Shown: positions 9,786 to 18,797 of the stretch, piece after piece
How positions within the stretch are numbered: position 1 is the stretch's first letter
How the letters are laid out: each line of letters opens with the position of its first letter
NCBI RefSeq assembly: GCF_044324875.1
Contig: NZ_CP172186.1
Strand: one strand, 5' to 3'
Length of the DNA: 64,000 nucleotides
DNA from: Escherichia coli
GTDB lineage: Bacteria; Pseudomonadota; Gammaproteobacteria; Enterobacterales; Enterobacteriaceae
Made by a program: the position numbers and the translations under genes
The notes under the pieces: generated by a model
Told to the model about the DNA's origin: nothing
What the model saw: only the letters and a program-made list of their open reading frames with translations
The model's database searches: none

Positions 9786-10565
9786 TTAACGCGTTTTTTC
9801 GCTGCTTTCCACTACCGGGGGATTTTTCCTCAGTGACTCTCCCTGAAGGACCACTCGGTGTGAGTTATGTACCAGTCTGTCCAGGATGGCATCTGCTGTT
9901 GTTGGGTTCTCCATCAGACCATGCCATTTATCTACCGGGAACTGGCTTACCACTATCGTGCTGCTTTGTCCGTAACGATCCTCTATGAGCTCCAGAAGGT
10001 CATTACACTGGGCGTTACTTAACTGTTCCAGCCCCAGATCGTCCAGGATTAGAACCTGTATTTTTTGCAACTGTTTCAGATATTTCAGCCAGCTGCCATC
10101 AACACGTCCCTGAGCCAGTTGTTCCAGTAATCGCCCGGTTCTACAGTACCGGACGCTGTGTTTCTGTCGACATGCCTGTTCGCCCAGCGCATTGGCTATC
10201 CAGCTCTTGCCACATCCTGTCGGACCGGTTATCAGCAGGTTTTTCCTGTGGGTTATGTAGTGGCCGTTCAGCAGTTCTCTCATCTGTTCAGCCCGCAGAC
10301 CTCTTGAGGCCGGATAGCGCAGCCCTTCCGGTGTTGCCTGGTATTTCAGGCCGGCATTTTTTCTCAACCGTGCCACACGGCTGTTTTCCCTGCTCAGAAG
10401 CTCGTCATCAACCAGCAGCGTCAGCCTTTCCTCGAACGACAGTTCGTCGTAGGTCTGAGGCGTTTCCCGCTGCCGTATCAGGCTCCCGGCCATCGCCGGG
10501 AGTTTCAGTTGGGTCAGTTTGTTTAACAGGTTATCACTCATACTGTTGTTCCTTCTGTCAGTGGT
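9786..10565 (-). CDS. istB: IS21-family helper ATPase IstB
   Basis: Walker A GPTGCGKSW, DnaC-like AAA+; start taken at MSDNLLNKL inside the 332-aa ORF. Confidence 0.9.
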   Translation of the reverse strand, partial: TTDRRNNSMSDNLLNKLTQLKLPAMAGSLIRQRETPQTYDELSFEERLTLLVDDELLSRENSRVARLRKNAGLKYQATPEGLRYPASRGLRAEQMRELLNGHYITHRKNLLITGPTGCGKSWIANALGEQACRQKHSVRYCRTGRLLEQLAQGRVDGSWLKYLKQLQKIQVLILDDLGLEQLSNAQCNDLLELIEDRYGQSSTIVVSQFPVDKWHGLMENPTTADAILDRLVHNSHRVVLQGESLRKNPPVVESSEKTR

Positions 10566-12204
10566 AGTAGCCCGGACCACGCAGGTTTTCATGCTCTGAA
10601 GCATATGCCGGATGTTGTTCGCCCTGGCGGGATAATGGAAGCTCCAGGTTCTCCCGATGGTGACGCAGCAGATTGTCGATAAAGCGTCTGTCAGGGGCGT
10701 TATAGTGCAGGGCAACGTAACAGGCCTTTTCCAGCCGTTCCGGGCCGTATTTTTTCTGAAGTGCCAGCAGCCCCAGAACTGCACGATAAGCCAGTTCCGG
10801 ATGGGGTTTTGCCTTCAGCATGGATTCAACCACCCGGCCTGTGGACGGGCCCGTACGTTTTCCCTGCTCGATCAGGCGTTCCGGTGTCCATGTCCCGTGC
10901 TGCCGGTGGCGCTCTGGCATGTGAAGCGGATTGGTTGTGTGTTTATATTCATGTGTGCTGCGCGGATGTTGCGCCACACACTGCCCCTTGTGCCAGAGCT
11001 GTACCACCGACTGCCCCGCCTTCAGTGACAGACGCTGACCGACCAGTTCGTGTGGAACGGAGTACCAGTGACGGGCATATTCAACGTGGTAGTCAGGGCC
11101 AACCTTCACAGCTTTGTATTCCGTGTATTCATAAGGTGCCAGAGGCAGCGGAGAGAGTGCTGGCGCATCCAGTATGCGGAAGCGTTCTGCACGGGTTTGA
11201 TTGCCGTACCCCTTCATTGGCCGGTTATTCATGTCTGTCAGTAACTCCCTAAGGCGCGCATTCAGCGCCCTGAGCGTGTGGAAGGTTTCATTACGGATGC
11301 GGGCAAGAAGCCATCGTTCAACGATGAGGACGCCGTTTTCTGCTTTTGGTTTATCTTTAGGTTTGCGTGGTCGGGCCGGGATGATAACCGTGCCATAGTG
11401 CTCAGCCAGTGCCTGATAACTGTCGTTGATGACAGGCTCATATCGATCGGCCTTTTTCACTGCGCTTCTGAGGTTATCGGGGATGAGCAGCTTCGGTACG
11501 CCGCCCAGGAAGGTCAGGCAACGGCTGTGGGCATTTAACCATGACATCATGTCCTGACCTTCGCACGCTTCAACGTAGGTATAGTTGGACGCCCCCATTA
11601 CGGCCACGAAGATTGCCACGCGGCGTATCTCACCGGTGTCCGGATTAATAACAGGAACCGTAGGACCACAGAAGTCGATAAAAAGCTTTTCGCCGGCACG
11701 ATGCTCCTGGCGCATGGAGAGACGTCGCGTTTTTTTCCACTCCCGGTAGCAACGGCAGAAGTGCGAGTATCCCATCGCTTTGTTACCCGCCTGTGCCTTG
11801 TATTCCATCCACAACAGTTGCCGCGTCACACCTGGTTTTCTCATTTCCGTATCGAAGTACAACATGTCAGGCATTACAAGCTCTGATGCAAAGGTGTCTT
11901 TGGGCGGAAAAATGAGTTTCTCCAGCGTGTCATGGGATATATCAGCAGGTAATGGCCATGACAGAGAAGAGGCTTTGAAGCGGGCAAGAACCTCAAAAAC
12001 GGTTGAGGCGCTGATGTGTAACGTCAGTCCGATACAACGGTTAGTCAGCTTCTTGTCGAACTTGAGCTGAAGGATCTTAAAACAGGTTTCCATAGTGCTC
12101 CTGGATTTTCTCTTTCTGGACATTGACGTCTCCACTGGTTTAAACACGGCAATGGAGACTGTGGTGAAAAGAGTTAATTCCCGGAGTGACTGGCAGGATG
12201 CCAA
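10558..12204 (-). CDS. istA: IS21-family transposase IstA (true start probably internal, METCFKIL at ~12093)
   Basis: N-terminal HTH, LSWPLPA motif, DDE core; 2-nt spacing to istB. Confidence 0.9.
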   Translation of the reverse strand: MASCQSLRELTLFTTVSIAVFKPVETSMSRKRKSRSTMETCFKILQLKFDKKLTNRCIGLTLHISASTVFEVLARFKASSLSWPLPADISHDTLEKLIFPPKDTFASELVMPDMLYFDTEMRKPGVTRQLLWMEYKAQAGNKAMGYSHFCRCYREWKKTRRLSMRQEHRAGEKLFIDFCGPTVPVINPDTGEIRRVAIFVAVMGASNYTYVEACEGQDMMSWLNAHSRCLTFLGGVPKLLIPDNLRSAVKKADRYEPVINDSYQALAEHYGTVIIPARPRKPKDKPKAENGVLIVERWLLARIRNETFHTLRALNARLRELLTDMNNRPMKGYGNQTRAERFRILDAPALSPLPLAPYEYTEYKAVKVGPDYHVEYARHWYSVPHELVGQRLSLKAGQSVVQLWHKGQCVAQHPRSTHEYKHTTNPLHMPERHRQHGTWTPERLIEQGKRTGPSTGRVVESMLKAKPHPELAYRAVLGLLALQKKYGPERLEKACYVALHYNAPDRRFIDNLLRHHRENLELPLSRQGEQHPAYASEHENLRGPGYYH

Positions 12205-12408
12205 TCAATGATCGGAAGCATGCCAAATCGTGATCGATTGTGATGCCAAACTGTGATCGGAGATGGATGCCAAATCATGATCGATTCGAATGCCAAACTG
12301 CGATCGATTCAGATGCCATTTTGCAGGTAAAAATGGCAATTTTTTTCATGCTGTATTTTTGCCATTTATTTTCTTTGAAATGGTTTTTTTCTTCATATCA
12401 GCAAATAA

Positions 12409-12876
12409 TTATTTCTTATTCTGTTTTCTCCAGGTCCATGGTGGTACCGGATTTTTATCTGCCCATAATCCCCGCTTCAGGGCGCGGGCATCACGCTGGA
12501 GCGGCGGGAGAGTATAGTCATTATTGTAGTCCGGGTACACCCAGGCAGCGCCGTTACGGACCTGCCAGCGATTTGCTTCTGTGCCGTCAGCGGTATAGAC
12601 CCGGCCGAGAATACGGCCATACCTGTCTGTCTGCGCGTATTGCACGGTTACGGGCTTTCCGGCCACCAGGTCCTTCAGCTGAGTGGCTGACCAGCGTCCA
12701 AAGGGCTGTTTCTTTTCCGGTGCATCAATATTAGCCAGACGGACCCTGACAGGCTTTTTGTCCTGTAATATTTCCAGCGTATCACCATCAAGAACGCGGA
12801 TGACGTGCCCCTGAATCTGTGCGGCACAGAGAGAAGCGGAAAAAATAATGGTGAGTGAAAAGATATATTTTATCAT
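12409..12876 (-). CDS. nuc: Secreted thermonuclease (staphylococcal nuclease/SNase-like) Nuc
   Basis: 155 aa, signal peptide, VIRVLDGDT and RLANIDAPE motifs typical of SNase fold. Confidence 0.8.
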   Translation of the reverse strand: MIKYIFSLTIIFSASLCAAQIQGHVIRVLDGDTLEILQDKKPVRVRLANIDAPEKKQPFGRWSATQLKDLVAGKPVTVQYAQTDRYGRILGRVYTADGTEANRWQVRNGAAWVYPDYNNDYTLPPLQRDARALKRGLWADKNPVPPWTWRKQNKK

Positions 12877-12978
12877 TTCATCGTCTCCTTTTTATTTATG
12901 AAAACAGGTGCAATTAATATTGCGAAATAATAACGTTCAGGTGTGTTTTTTTTGGCAGTGTGATACTTCACGCAGGGC

Positions 12979-13659
12979 ATGAATTCCAGTACGCTGATAT
13001 CCGTGATGATACGGCAACAGATATCCGGTGACGGTATGCAGGAACATATTGATTATCAGATTGAGAAATATCAGTTCAGGGCCAGGAATGAGTCACCGCG
13101 ACTGATGCGCCAGTGGGAAGATGTCATGCGTGAATGCCGTGATACCGGAGCAGGAGCCAGGGAGCGGCTGCGGATTGCCTTACTTAATGTTGATTATGTG
13201 ACCAGTTTTGAACTGCCGTTTCGTCTGCTGTTAACCCGGACACCGCAGATGATTGACAGCGTGCGGCGGGAATGGCAGCTCAGCCAGAAAAAAGTCGTAT
13301 TCAATGAGCGGCAGCGGGGATGTGTATACAGTCTGCAGAATGACTTATCCGGCGTGCCGGATAGCTTCAGTTACAGTCTTGCGACGCGAATACGGCGGGT
13401 GGACAGCTATGGCATGACGACGCGTTGTTTCACTGATATAGCCGGGCAGGTTAAAGCCCCGACAGCACGGCTGAAACTGGCGCTGGAAAGCGGGTTAATT
13501 GTCACCGCGCTGGATGGTCTGTTCTGGCTTGGTATTCAGCGTATTGCCGCAGATGTGCAGCGGCTGCGTCAGTCCGGAATGACAATCATCACCCGGGATG
13601 TTGAGGTCTCAGACTCGCTGACCGGAACCACACGGGTTGTTTCCGGGTACAGACTTTGA
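12979..13659 (+). CDS. Hypothetical protein, possible C-terminal DNA-binding helix
   Basis: 226-aa ORF divergent from nuc with AT-rich shared upstream region; no recognised family. Confidence 0.45.
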   Translation: MNSSTLISVMIRQQISGDGMQEHIDYQIEKYQFRARNESPRLMRQWEDVMRECRDTGAGARERLRIALLNVDYVTSFELPFRLLLTRTPQMIDSVRREWQLSQKKVVFNERQRGCVYSLQNDLSGVPDSFSYSLATRIRRVDSYGMTTRCFTDIAGQVKAPTARLKLALESGLIVTALDGLFWLGIQRIAADVQRLRQSGMTIITRDVEVSDSLTGTTRVVSGYRL

Positions 13660-13860
13660 TTTATGCAACAAAGTATCGCAGCGTCGAATATGAGCTATGG
13701 CCAGATTTTTGTTAATCGTGGTTGTTGCAACATGTAAGGCGAATGACCACACTATTCTGGTACGCTCGTAATCACGCTGAAATTCTGCTTCCTGTCCTGC
13801 CGTGATGAGTTCCGACCAGGACATACGGCGAAGTGTATGTCTGTCAGTAATATCCGTCAT
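13609..13860 (-). CDS. Hypothetical small protein (83 aa), last gene of a four-ORF cluster
   Basis: Start overlaps stop of upstream ORF; no recognisable domain. Confidence 0.35.
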   Translation of the reverse strand: MTDITDRHTLRRMSWSELITAGQEAEFQRDYERTRIVWSFALHVATTTINKNLAIAHIRRCDTLLHKSKSVPGNNPCGSGQRV

Positions 13861-14072
13861 GAGCTCTCAGCCTCCTCCTTCGTATTTCCGTCAGAAACAC
13901 AAACGCCCCGCAGAGAAAATTCGCCAACATTCTCCTTTTTAATGGCGCGCAATGCATCGCGGCAGGCCCGTTCGGTATGAAAGGCCTGGCTGTGCACCGC
14001 CAGTGTGGGCTGACGGGCATCACCGGAAGAGACATTAAAGGGCGATGAAAGCCAGAAAATCAGTAGCCACAT
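13857..14072 (-). CDS. Hypothetical small secreted protein (71 aa)
   Basis: N-terminal hydrophobic signal-like segment; coupled with neighbours. Confidence 0.35.
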   Translation of the reverse strand: MWLLIFWLSSPFNVSSGDARQPTLAVHSQAFHTERACRDALRAIKKENVGEFSLRGVCVSDGNTKEEAESS

Positions 14073-14075
14073 GCG

Positions 14076-14459
14076 TCACACCTCGTCCTTTTTATGCGGG
14101 TATCTGGACAGAATATTGAGCGCCTGTAATGGCGCTTCATGCATTTCACGGATACAACGGGCATCGGTGATATTTTCCCGGTAATGTGTGGTTTCCAGCA
14201 TCATATGATGCATATGGAGCATCCGGGCCAGGGCTGCGCGGAGTTCTTCAATATGTTGTTCATGGGAATGCTGGCGGGGCTGTATCCGGCAGAGAGGGAT
14301 AACCTCCACATCATCCGGGTGCGCGCGAAGCCACGCGTCAGTGACTGCAATGTCGTCAGTGTAAAACCATGTGCCGGATGTCCCGTTGGCCAGAAAACGC
14401 ATTTTCCAGGCTTCTGGGGTGGCGGTTGTGTTGTTATCTTTCATGGTGCCACCACTCAT
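14076..14459 (-). CDS. Hypothetical protein (127 aa), His/Met-rich segment
   Basis: ORF with ATGA overlap to upstream ORF; HMHHMMLETTHY stretch. Confidence 0.45.
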   Translation of the reverse strand: MSGGTMKDNNTTATPEAWKMRFLANGTSGTWFYTDDIAVTDAWLRAHPDDVEVIPLCRIQPRQHSHEQHIEELRAALARMLHMHHMMLETTHYRENITDARCIREMHEAPLQALNILSRYPHKKDEV

Positions 14460-14647
14460 TCAACAGGCTTAATGCTGTCCAGGCGCAGTCTGCTCAGACT
14501 GTCGTGGCTGCCACAGCGGCGTCCAGTGCTTTTGCTGTAGCACTCCTGCCCCCTGATACACCATGCCGTTGGCGTTTCGTAGAGGCTGACACGTCGGGTT
14601 TTATCTTTAATGATGAGAAGCCCGGTGTGAGTTTTTGTCTTTTTCAT
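14456..14647 (-). CDS. Hypothetical small basic protein (63 aa)
   Basis: First ORF of the coupled cluster; weak support. Confidence 0.3.
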   Translation of the reverse strand: MKKTKTHTGLLIIKDKTRRVSLYETPTAWCIRGQECYSKSTGRRCGSHDSLSRLRLDSIKPVE

Positions 14648-14901
14648 CGGTGGGGTACAAACGCAGAAATTTTGTTGTCATTACATCATCAGTTTTAGCC
14701 TGCAGAGACGCTGAAAAATCAGCGTTTTCAGACCCTGTTCAGGTTAGTGAATATTCTTGCCTGGCCTTTCGGCAATATCAATCCCCTGATGTGTGCACAC
14801 GTAGTCACTTTCCGGCTTTATTTCTGTCCCTGACACAAAATACGTGGTGGCATGAAAAGGATTGTGGCGGACAGGAAAACGATTAGAATAGCGGCGGGCG
14901 C

Positions 14902-15195
14902 TTGAGGCTGTATGCCGAAAGCGTTTTGTGGACGGCATGTAGCAGAAAGCCCCAGGCGATTTTTTTATCAATCAACCCAGGGCCCACTGTAATGCCTAGA
15001 CAACATTATAGTAGCCCGATGACGGCCGAAAGGCAATGGAGGGGCTGCGATGCCACAACGAACGTTTTTAATGATGTTAATCGTCGTCTGTGTGACGATA
15101 CTGTGTTTTGTCTGGATGGTGAGGGATTCGCTTTGCGGATTTCGTATCGAGCAGGGAAATACGGTGCTTGTGGCAACGTTAGCCTACGAAGTTAA
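14902..15195 (+). CDS. Possible pndC (mok-like) overlapping reading frame of the pnd locus
   Basis: ORF in alternative frame overlapping the Hok-family toxin gene, as in hok/mok loci; real start uncertain. Confidence 0.35.
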   Translation: MRLYAESVLWTACSRKPQAIFLSINPGPTVMPRQHYSSPMTAERQWRGCDATTNVFNDVNRRLCDDTVFCLDGEGFALRISYRAGKYGACGNVSLRS

Positions 15196-15202
15196 ACGTT
15201 AA
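15050..15202 (+). CDS. pndA: Hok/Gef-family type I toxin PndA
   Basis: Hand-translated 50 aa MPQRTFLMMLIVVCVTILCFVWMVRDSLCGFRIEQGNTVLVATLAYEVKR; GGAGG 9 nt upstream; not in ORF track (<60 aa). Confidence 0.85.
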   Translation: MPQRTFLMMLIVVCVTILCFVWMVRDSLCGFRIEQGNTVLVATLAYEVKR

Positions 15203-15339
15203 CGGGCAACACGGCGGTAGAGAATCTGCCGCCGGATTGTTGCGAAGGCTGACCTCAATGCGCCTTGTTTGTCTTTTTTACCGGACGACTGCTGGTTGCT
15301 GCTGTCCGGCAGCTATTATTTTTTCCGTCCTGTGCGTCA

Positions 15340-15555
15340 TCAATTATGACAGTCGCTCTCATTTAGTTGTCTCTGGTTAGATGTATTATTATATATTTTC
15401 GGGGTAATTCGATAAAAGTTATCCACTTCAGCACCAGACTGAATGATATATGCAATAAGATCTAAACGATGAATCTCGTATCGTGTACGTAACTCCATTA
15501 TTTCACGCCATGGAGTACCATGTCGTGCTGGAAAATTGCTGCGGGATTCAGACAT
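15340..15555 (-). CDS. Hypothetical small protein in AT-rich segment
   Basis: 71-aa ORF only; no recognisable domain. Confidence 0.25.
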   Translation of the reverse strand: MSESRSNFPARHGTPWREIMELRTRYEIHRLDLIAYIIQSGAEVDNFYRITPKIYNNTSNQRQLNESDCHN

Positions 15556-15828
15556 GATTTTATCTTTATGTTTTCTAGGTACTGCCTTGAGTGTGTGGAT
15601 ATGATAATTATTTATAATGATATTGTTATCTTTTATAGATAACTGATATGCAGAATTGTATTGATTTTGTCTACAGTGGGCAAGACAGTGCTAAGAATTT
15701 GTGGGGAAAACATAGAGACTCCATGCTGCGTCCTGAGATAGACGGCAGACAGGCATTCTGCCTGAAAAGAAAAAGCCGGTTCAGAGAAAACCGGCTGACG
15801 GATTATCGTCTAACAGTTGATAGCTACC

Positions 15829-16476
15829 TCAAAATACTTCTGCAACAGGAACACCGGCAACTTTTTCCCACTCTTTAACCCGATACCGGATCATCTGTGG
15901 GAAACGTTCCTTGTACTCATATCCACGTGCAGCCATGGTGTGCATGGTGTTGGCCAGCGTCCTTGCTGAGATGCCGGAGATCTCAAGAGGAATCATCGGC
16001 AGACTCACATAGGTGGTGTGGATTTCCAGCTTGCCGTCCTCAGCAACCGTGCGGGTAAAGTTGTGAATATCCAGACCAATCACATCCATCACATTGTTTG
16101 GATAAATACGCACATACAGCATGGTGCCGTTTTTAATGTCGATCCCGAAATAACAACTCTTCGAGAATGACAGTTGCTCATAATCGCTGGTCGGCGCAAA
16201 GGGACTGCTTTCTTTTATCTGCTGAACAACCTGCTGGACTTTCTTTTTCTTCGCCCTGGTTCTTAGATATAGCCAGAGTAATGGGAGGATAATCAGCGTT
16301 GAACATCCATATGTTATCATATAGATATTAGGGGAGGAGTATCTGGCGTAGCTAATACTTAATGTACCTAATATTGCATATATTAATAGGAATGGTATTC
16401 CAATAATAAAATAAGCATTGCGGATCAGGTAATAATATGCCCACCAGGAAGGATATCTGTTTTTTGTTGTACTCAT
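15829..16476 (-). CDS. Inner-membrane protein, putative entry-exclusion ExcA-like
   Basis: 215 aa, N-terminal TM helices, AT-rich, immediately downstream of traY as excA is in IncI1; assignment by position. Confidence 0.45.
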   Translation of the reverse strand: MSTTKNRYPSWWAYYYLIRNAYFIIGIPFLLIYAILGTLSISYARYSSPNIYMITYGCSTLIILPLLWLYLRTRAKKKKVQQVVQQIKESSPFAPTSDYEQLSFSKSCYFGIDIKNGTMLYVRIYPNNVMDVIGLDIHNFTRTVAEDGKLEIHTTYVSLPMIPLEISGISARTLANTMHTMAARGYEYKERFPQMIRYRVKEWEKVAGVPVAEVF

Positions 16477-16563
16477 AATAAACCTCCATATTCACCTGAA
16501 TGTATTTTAATCTCTTCAGGTGAATATGGCAATGGTATTTTAGTGGTTTTTCGATATTTTCAT

Positions 16564-18723
16564 TTATTGTTTTATTCCGTCTTTATCATCTCTATTAATA
16601 TTTTTCAGTTTTTCTTCACGAACGCCAGGTGTTCTGCGCATATTGGTATTACCTCCGGCAATAATATCTTTGACGGATGAAACCATATTCCCCAGCATAT
16701 TAACACCGTCACGTCCGCCCAGAAAATTAATCACATGGTCAGGCAGATAAGCCTGAAGCGCAAAAACGGCCGCAACCAGCGTGGTACAGACTCGGGCATA
16801 AATCAGCAAAAATCCTGCCATGCTGAATAGCCCCGTCAGGGAGTCTGTCTGTACATTGGCCAGTGCAGCTCCAAACAACGAATTTAGAATGGTTCCGGCA
16901 GCAATGATAGCGACTGACGCAAAGAAGAACCCGAATACCATCAGCAGCGGTCTGATCATGCTGTCTATCAGGTAGATGTAACCGTAAGCGGCCCGGCTTC
17001 CCCGGTCCTGGCTTGTTCCCAGGTGGGTGGCCGCCCAGAGGGGGCCAGCAGCACATCCAATCAGCACGCTGACTATCCAGTTACCAATGCCGGTCATCCA
17101 GAAGATAAACGGAATAAACGGCAGGTAAATGGATAACGAAAAGCCGGCACAGAACAGCAAAAACAGCAGGAAGTAGAGCGGTGGAGCGGCTGCTTCCATA
17201 AAAGCCTTTGCAGCCTCAGGTAAGCCCGTAACGGTATTAACCAGCCGACCAAAAATGGAGTTGCTGCCGGCAGTCGAAAGCACCCTGACTGTGGTATAAC
17301 CCGCCCAGATGCTTTCAGTAATGCCCATAGTGTAATCACCGATATTTTTCATTTTTATCAGTGGGTTTAGTTGGTCAGTGGTTGTGCCGGTTTTTGTAAA
17401 GATTGTTGCTACATTATTTGTAAGTTCTACTCCAGGAATTGAACTTAAAATAGCACTTTGCGGATCGTTACTGCCTGCGCTGTTATATTCATTTGCTGAT
17501 TTTAATGTTCCCAGTGCAGGAGTATACGTTGAGTTCTGTAGCTGTGCCTGGTAAGCCCCCTTGACTTCCTTCAGGAACTCCGTATCCCCGGCTTCGCCCA
17601 GTGACGAGACGCCACTCACAGTAGGAGCGCGGTTGGCCAGGTCTTCCAGTCGCTGGTTGGCGGTGGCAAAGGTCTGGTACCAGGCGCCCAGGGCAACCCA
17701 GCCGTAGGTGGTCAGGTAGGATTTCAGCTGCTCCCTGCGCTCAGTTTCTGCGTTATCTGCCGGCAACGCCTTCTGCACCGTTTCTTCATACCGGTTGGCA
17801 GCCTGCTGAATACGGCTTTCAATATCCGGCAGGTTGCCGTTACCCGTGTCGCGTCGGGTCCGGTACGCTGACACAAATTCCTGCGCCGCGCTGTCCAGGT
17901 CACGGAGCATGGTATCCATGGCGGAGCGCTGTGCCGTCAGAACCCCCTGATATTCCGTTTCAATGAAGGGATTGAAAAAATGGGCCAGCGCGGACTGCTT
18001 GTTACTGCCGTTTCCTTTCACGGAGAGACTCACACTCCCGCAGGTGGCGCTGCCATTTGAGACGGTGACGGTATATCTGCCATTCTCTGTCCGTGAGGAT
18101 TCGCTCATGGGCGGCGTTGATGAACGTGCGGTACGGTTAAAGTCATCGAGGCCCGTATTCATGGCGTGTTTGCACAGTTCCATCTCCAGTATTCCCCGTG
18201 CTGCCGTGCGGGTGGAGACATGTACTGGCTGTACGGTCATTGAATAGCCTTCAGCGATGTTTTCTGCCGCTGTCTGAACCATGATATTGGCGGAACCGAT
18301 GCCCATGATGGATGCGCCCCACAGCATGACCAGTTGTGCCAGACTCCAGCCGGAAGCGGTGGGCACAATCATCATAAAACCGCTCACAATACTGAGCATT
18401 CCGACGACGTCCCGTCCGTTGTTAAAGACATTGCCCTGGTGTCCCGTGCGGACAGCATGACGGATACCAATAAACAGAAACCAGACTATCCCCATCGTGG
18501 CGATAATTGCGTTAAACACCATGAACAGGTTGCCAATGATGGTGTTGCTGCTGGCTGTCAGGGGATTTGTGACCACATCACCAAAAATGGTGACCAGTGC
18601 CTGGCGCGACAGGTCATCCGGATTGGTGGCGGCACTCACAATGTCCTGATAGGTGACGAAAGCCTGTGCAGGTACGGCAGCCAGCGCCAGACCTGCACTC
18701 AGTGCTCTGGGTATGATTTTCAC
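16564..18723 (-). CDS. traY: TraY, polytopic inner-membrane protein (DotA-like)
   Basis: 719 aa, signal peptide plus many TM helices; terminal gene of tra block. Confidence 0.75.
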   Translation of the reverse strand: MKIIPRALSAGLALAAVPAQAFVTYQDIVSAATNPDDLSRQALVTIFGDVVTNPLTASSNTIIGNLFMVFNAIIATMGIVWFLFIGIRHAVRTGHQGNVFNNGRDVVGMLSIVSGFMMIVPTASGWSLAQLVMLWGASIMGIGSANIMVQTAAENIAEGYSMTVQPVHVSTRTAARGILEMELCKHAMNTGLDDFNRTARSSTPPMSESSRTENGRYTVTVSNGSATCGSVSLSVKGNGSNKQSALAHFFNPFIETEYQGVLTAQRSAMDTMLRDLDSAAQEFVSAYRTRRDTGNGNLPDIESRIQQAANRYEETVQKALPADNAETERREQLKSYLTTYGWVALGAWYQTFATANQRLEDLANRAPTVSGVSSLGEAGDTEFLKEVKGAYQAQLQNSTYTPALGTLKSANEYNSAGSNDPQSAILSSIPGVELTNNVATIFTKTGTTTDQLNPLIKMKNIGDYTMGITESIWAGYTTVRVLSTAGSNSIFGRLVNTVTGLPEAAKAFMEAAAPPLYFLLFLLFCAGFSLSIYLPFIPFIFWMTGIGNWIVSVLIGCAAGPLWAATHLGTSQDRGSRAAYGYIYLIDSMIRPLLMVFGFFFASVAIIAAGTILNSLFGAALANVQTDSLTGLFSMAGFLLIYARVCTTLVAAVFALQAYLPDHVINFLGGRDGVNMLGNMVSSVKDIIAGGNTNMRRTPGVREEKLKNINRDDKDGIKQ

Positions 18724-18797
18724 GGTAACTCCGGAACCGAAGGGGATGCCCGGGCATCAGCCCCCGGAATGAGGAAAAGAAATTGCAGACCGGACGG

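Larger units (their letters stand above)
9690..12325 (-). mobile_element. IS21-family insertion sequence (istA-istB); boundaries approximate
   Basis: istA/istB pair; ATGCCAA..GTGATCG-type repeats at 12190-12320 and inverted at 9700-9760 mark the ends. Confidence 0.75.

Noticed and set aside
12190-12320. Plasmid iterons or replication origin (five or more about 22-bp direct repeats)
   Set aside because: The same motif recurs inverted at the other end of the IS21-family element (9700-9760), so these are IS terminal multimeric repeats.
12240-12734. 164-aa plus-strand ORF overlapping nuc and the IS21-family end
   Set aside because: Antisense to the well-supported nuc gene and starts within IS terminal repeats; no coding support.
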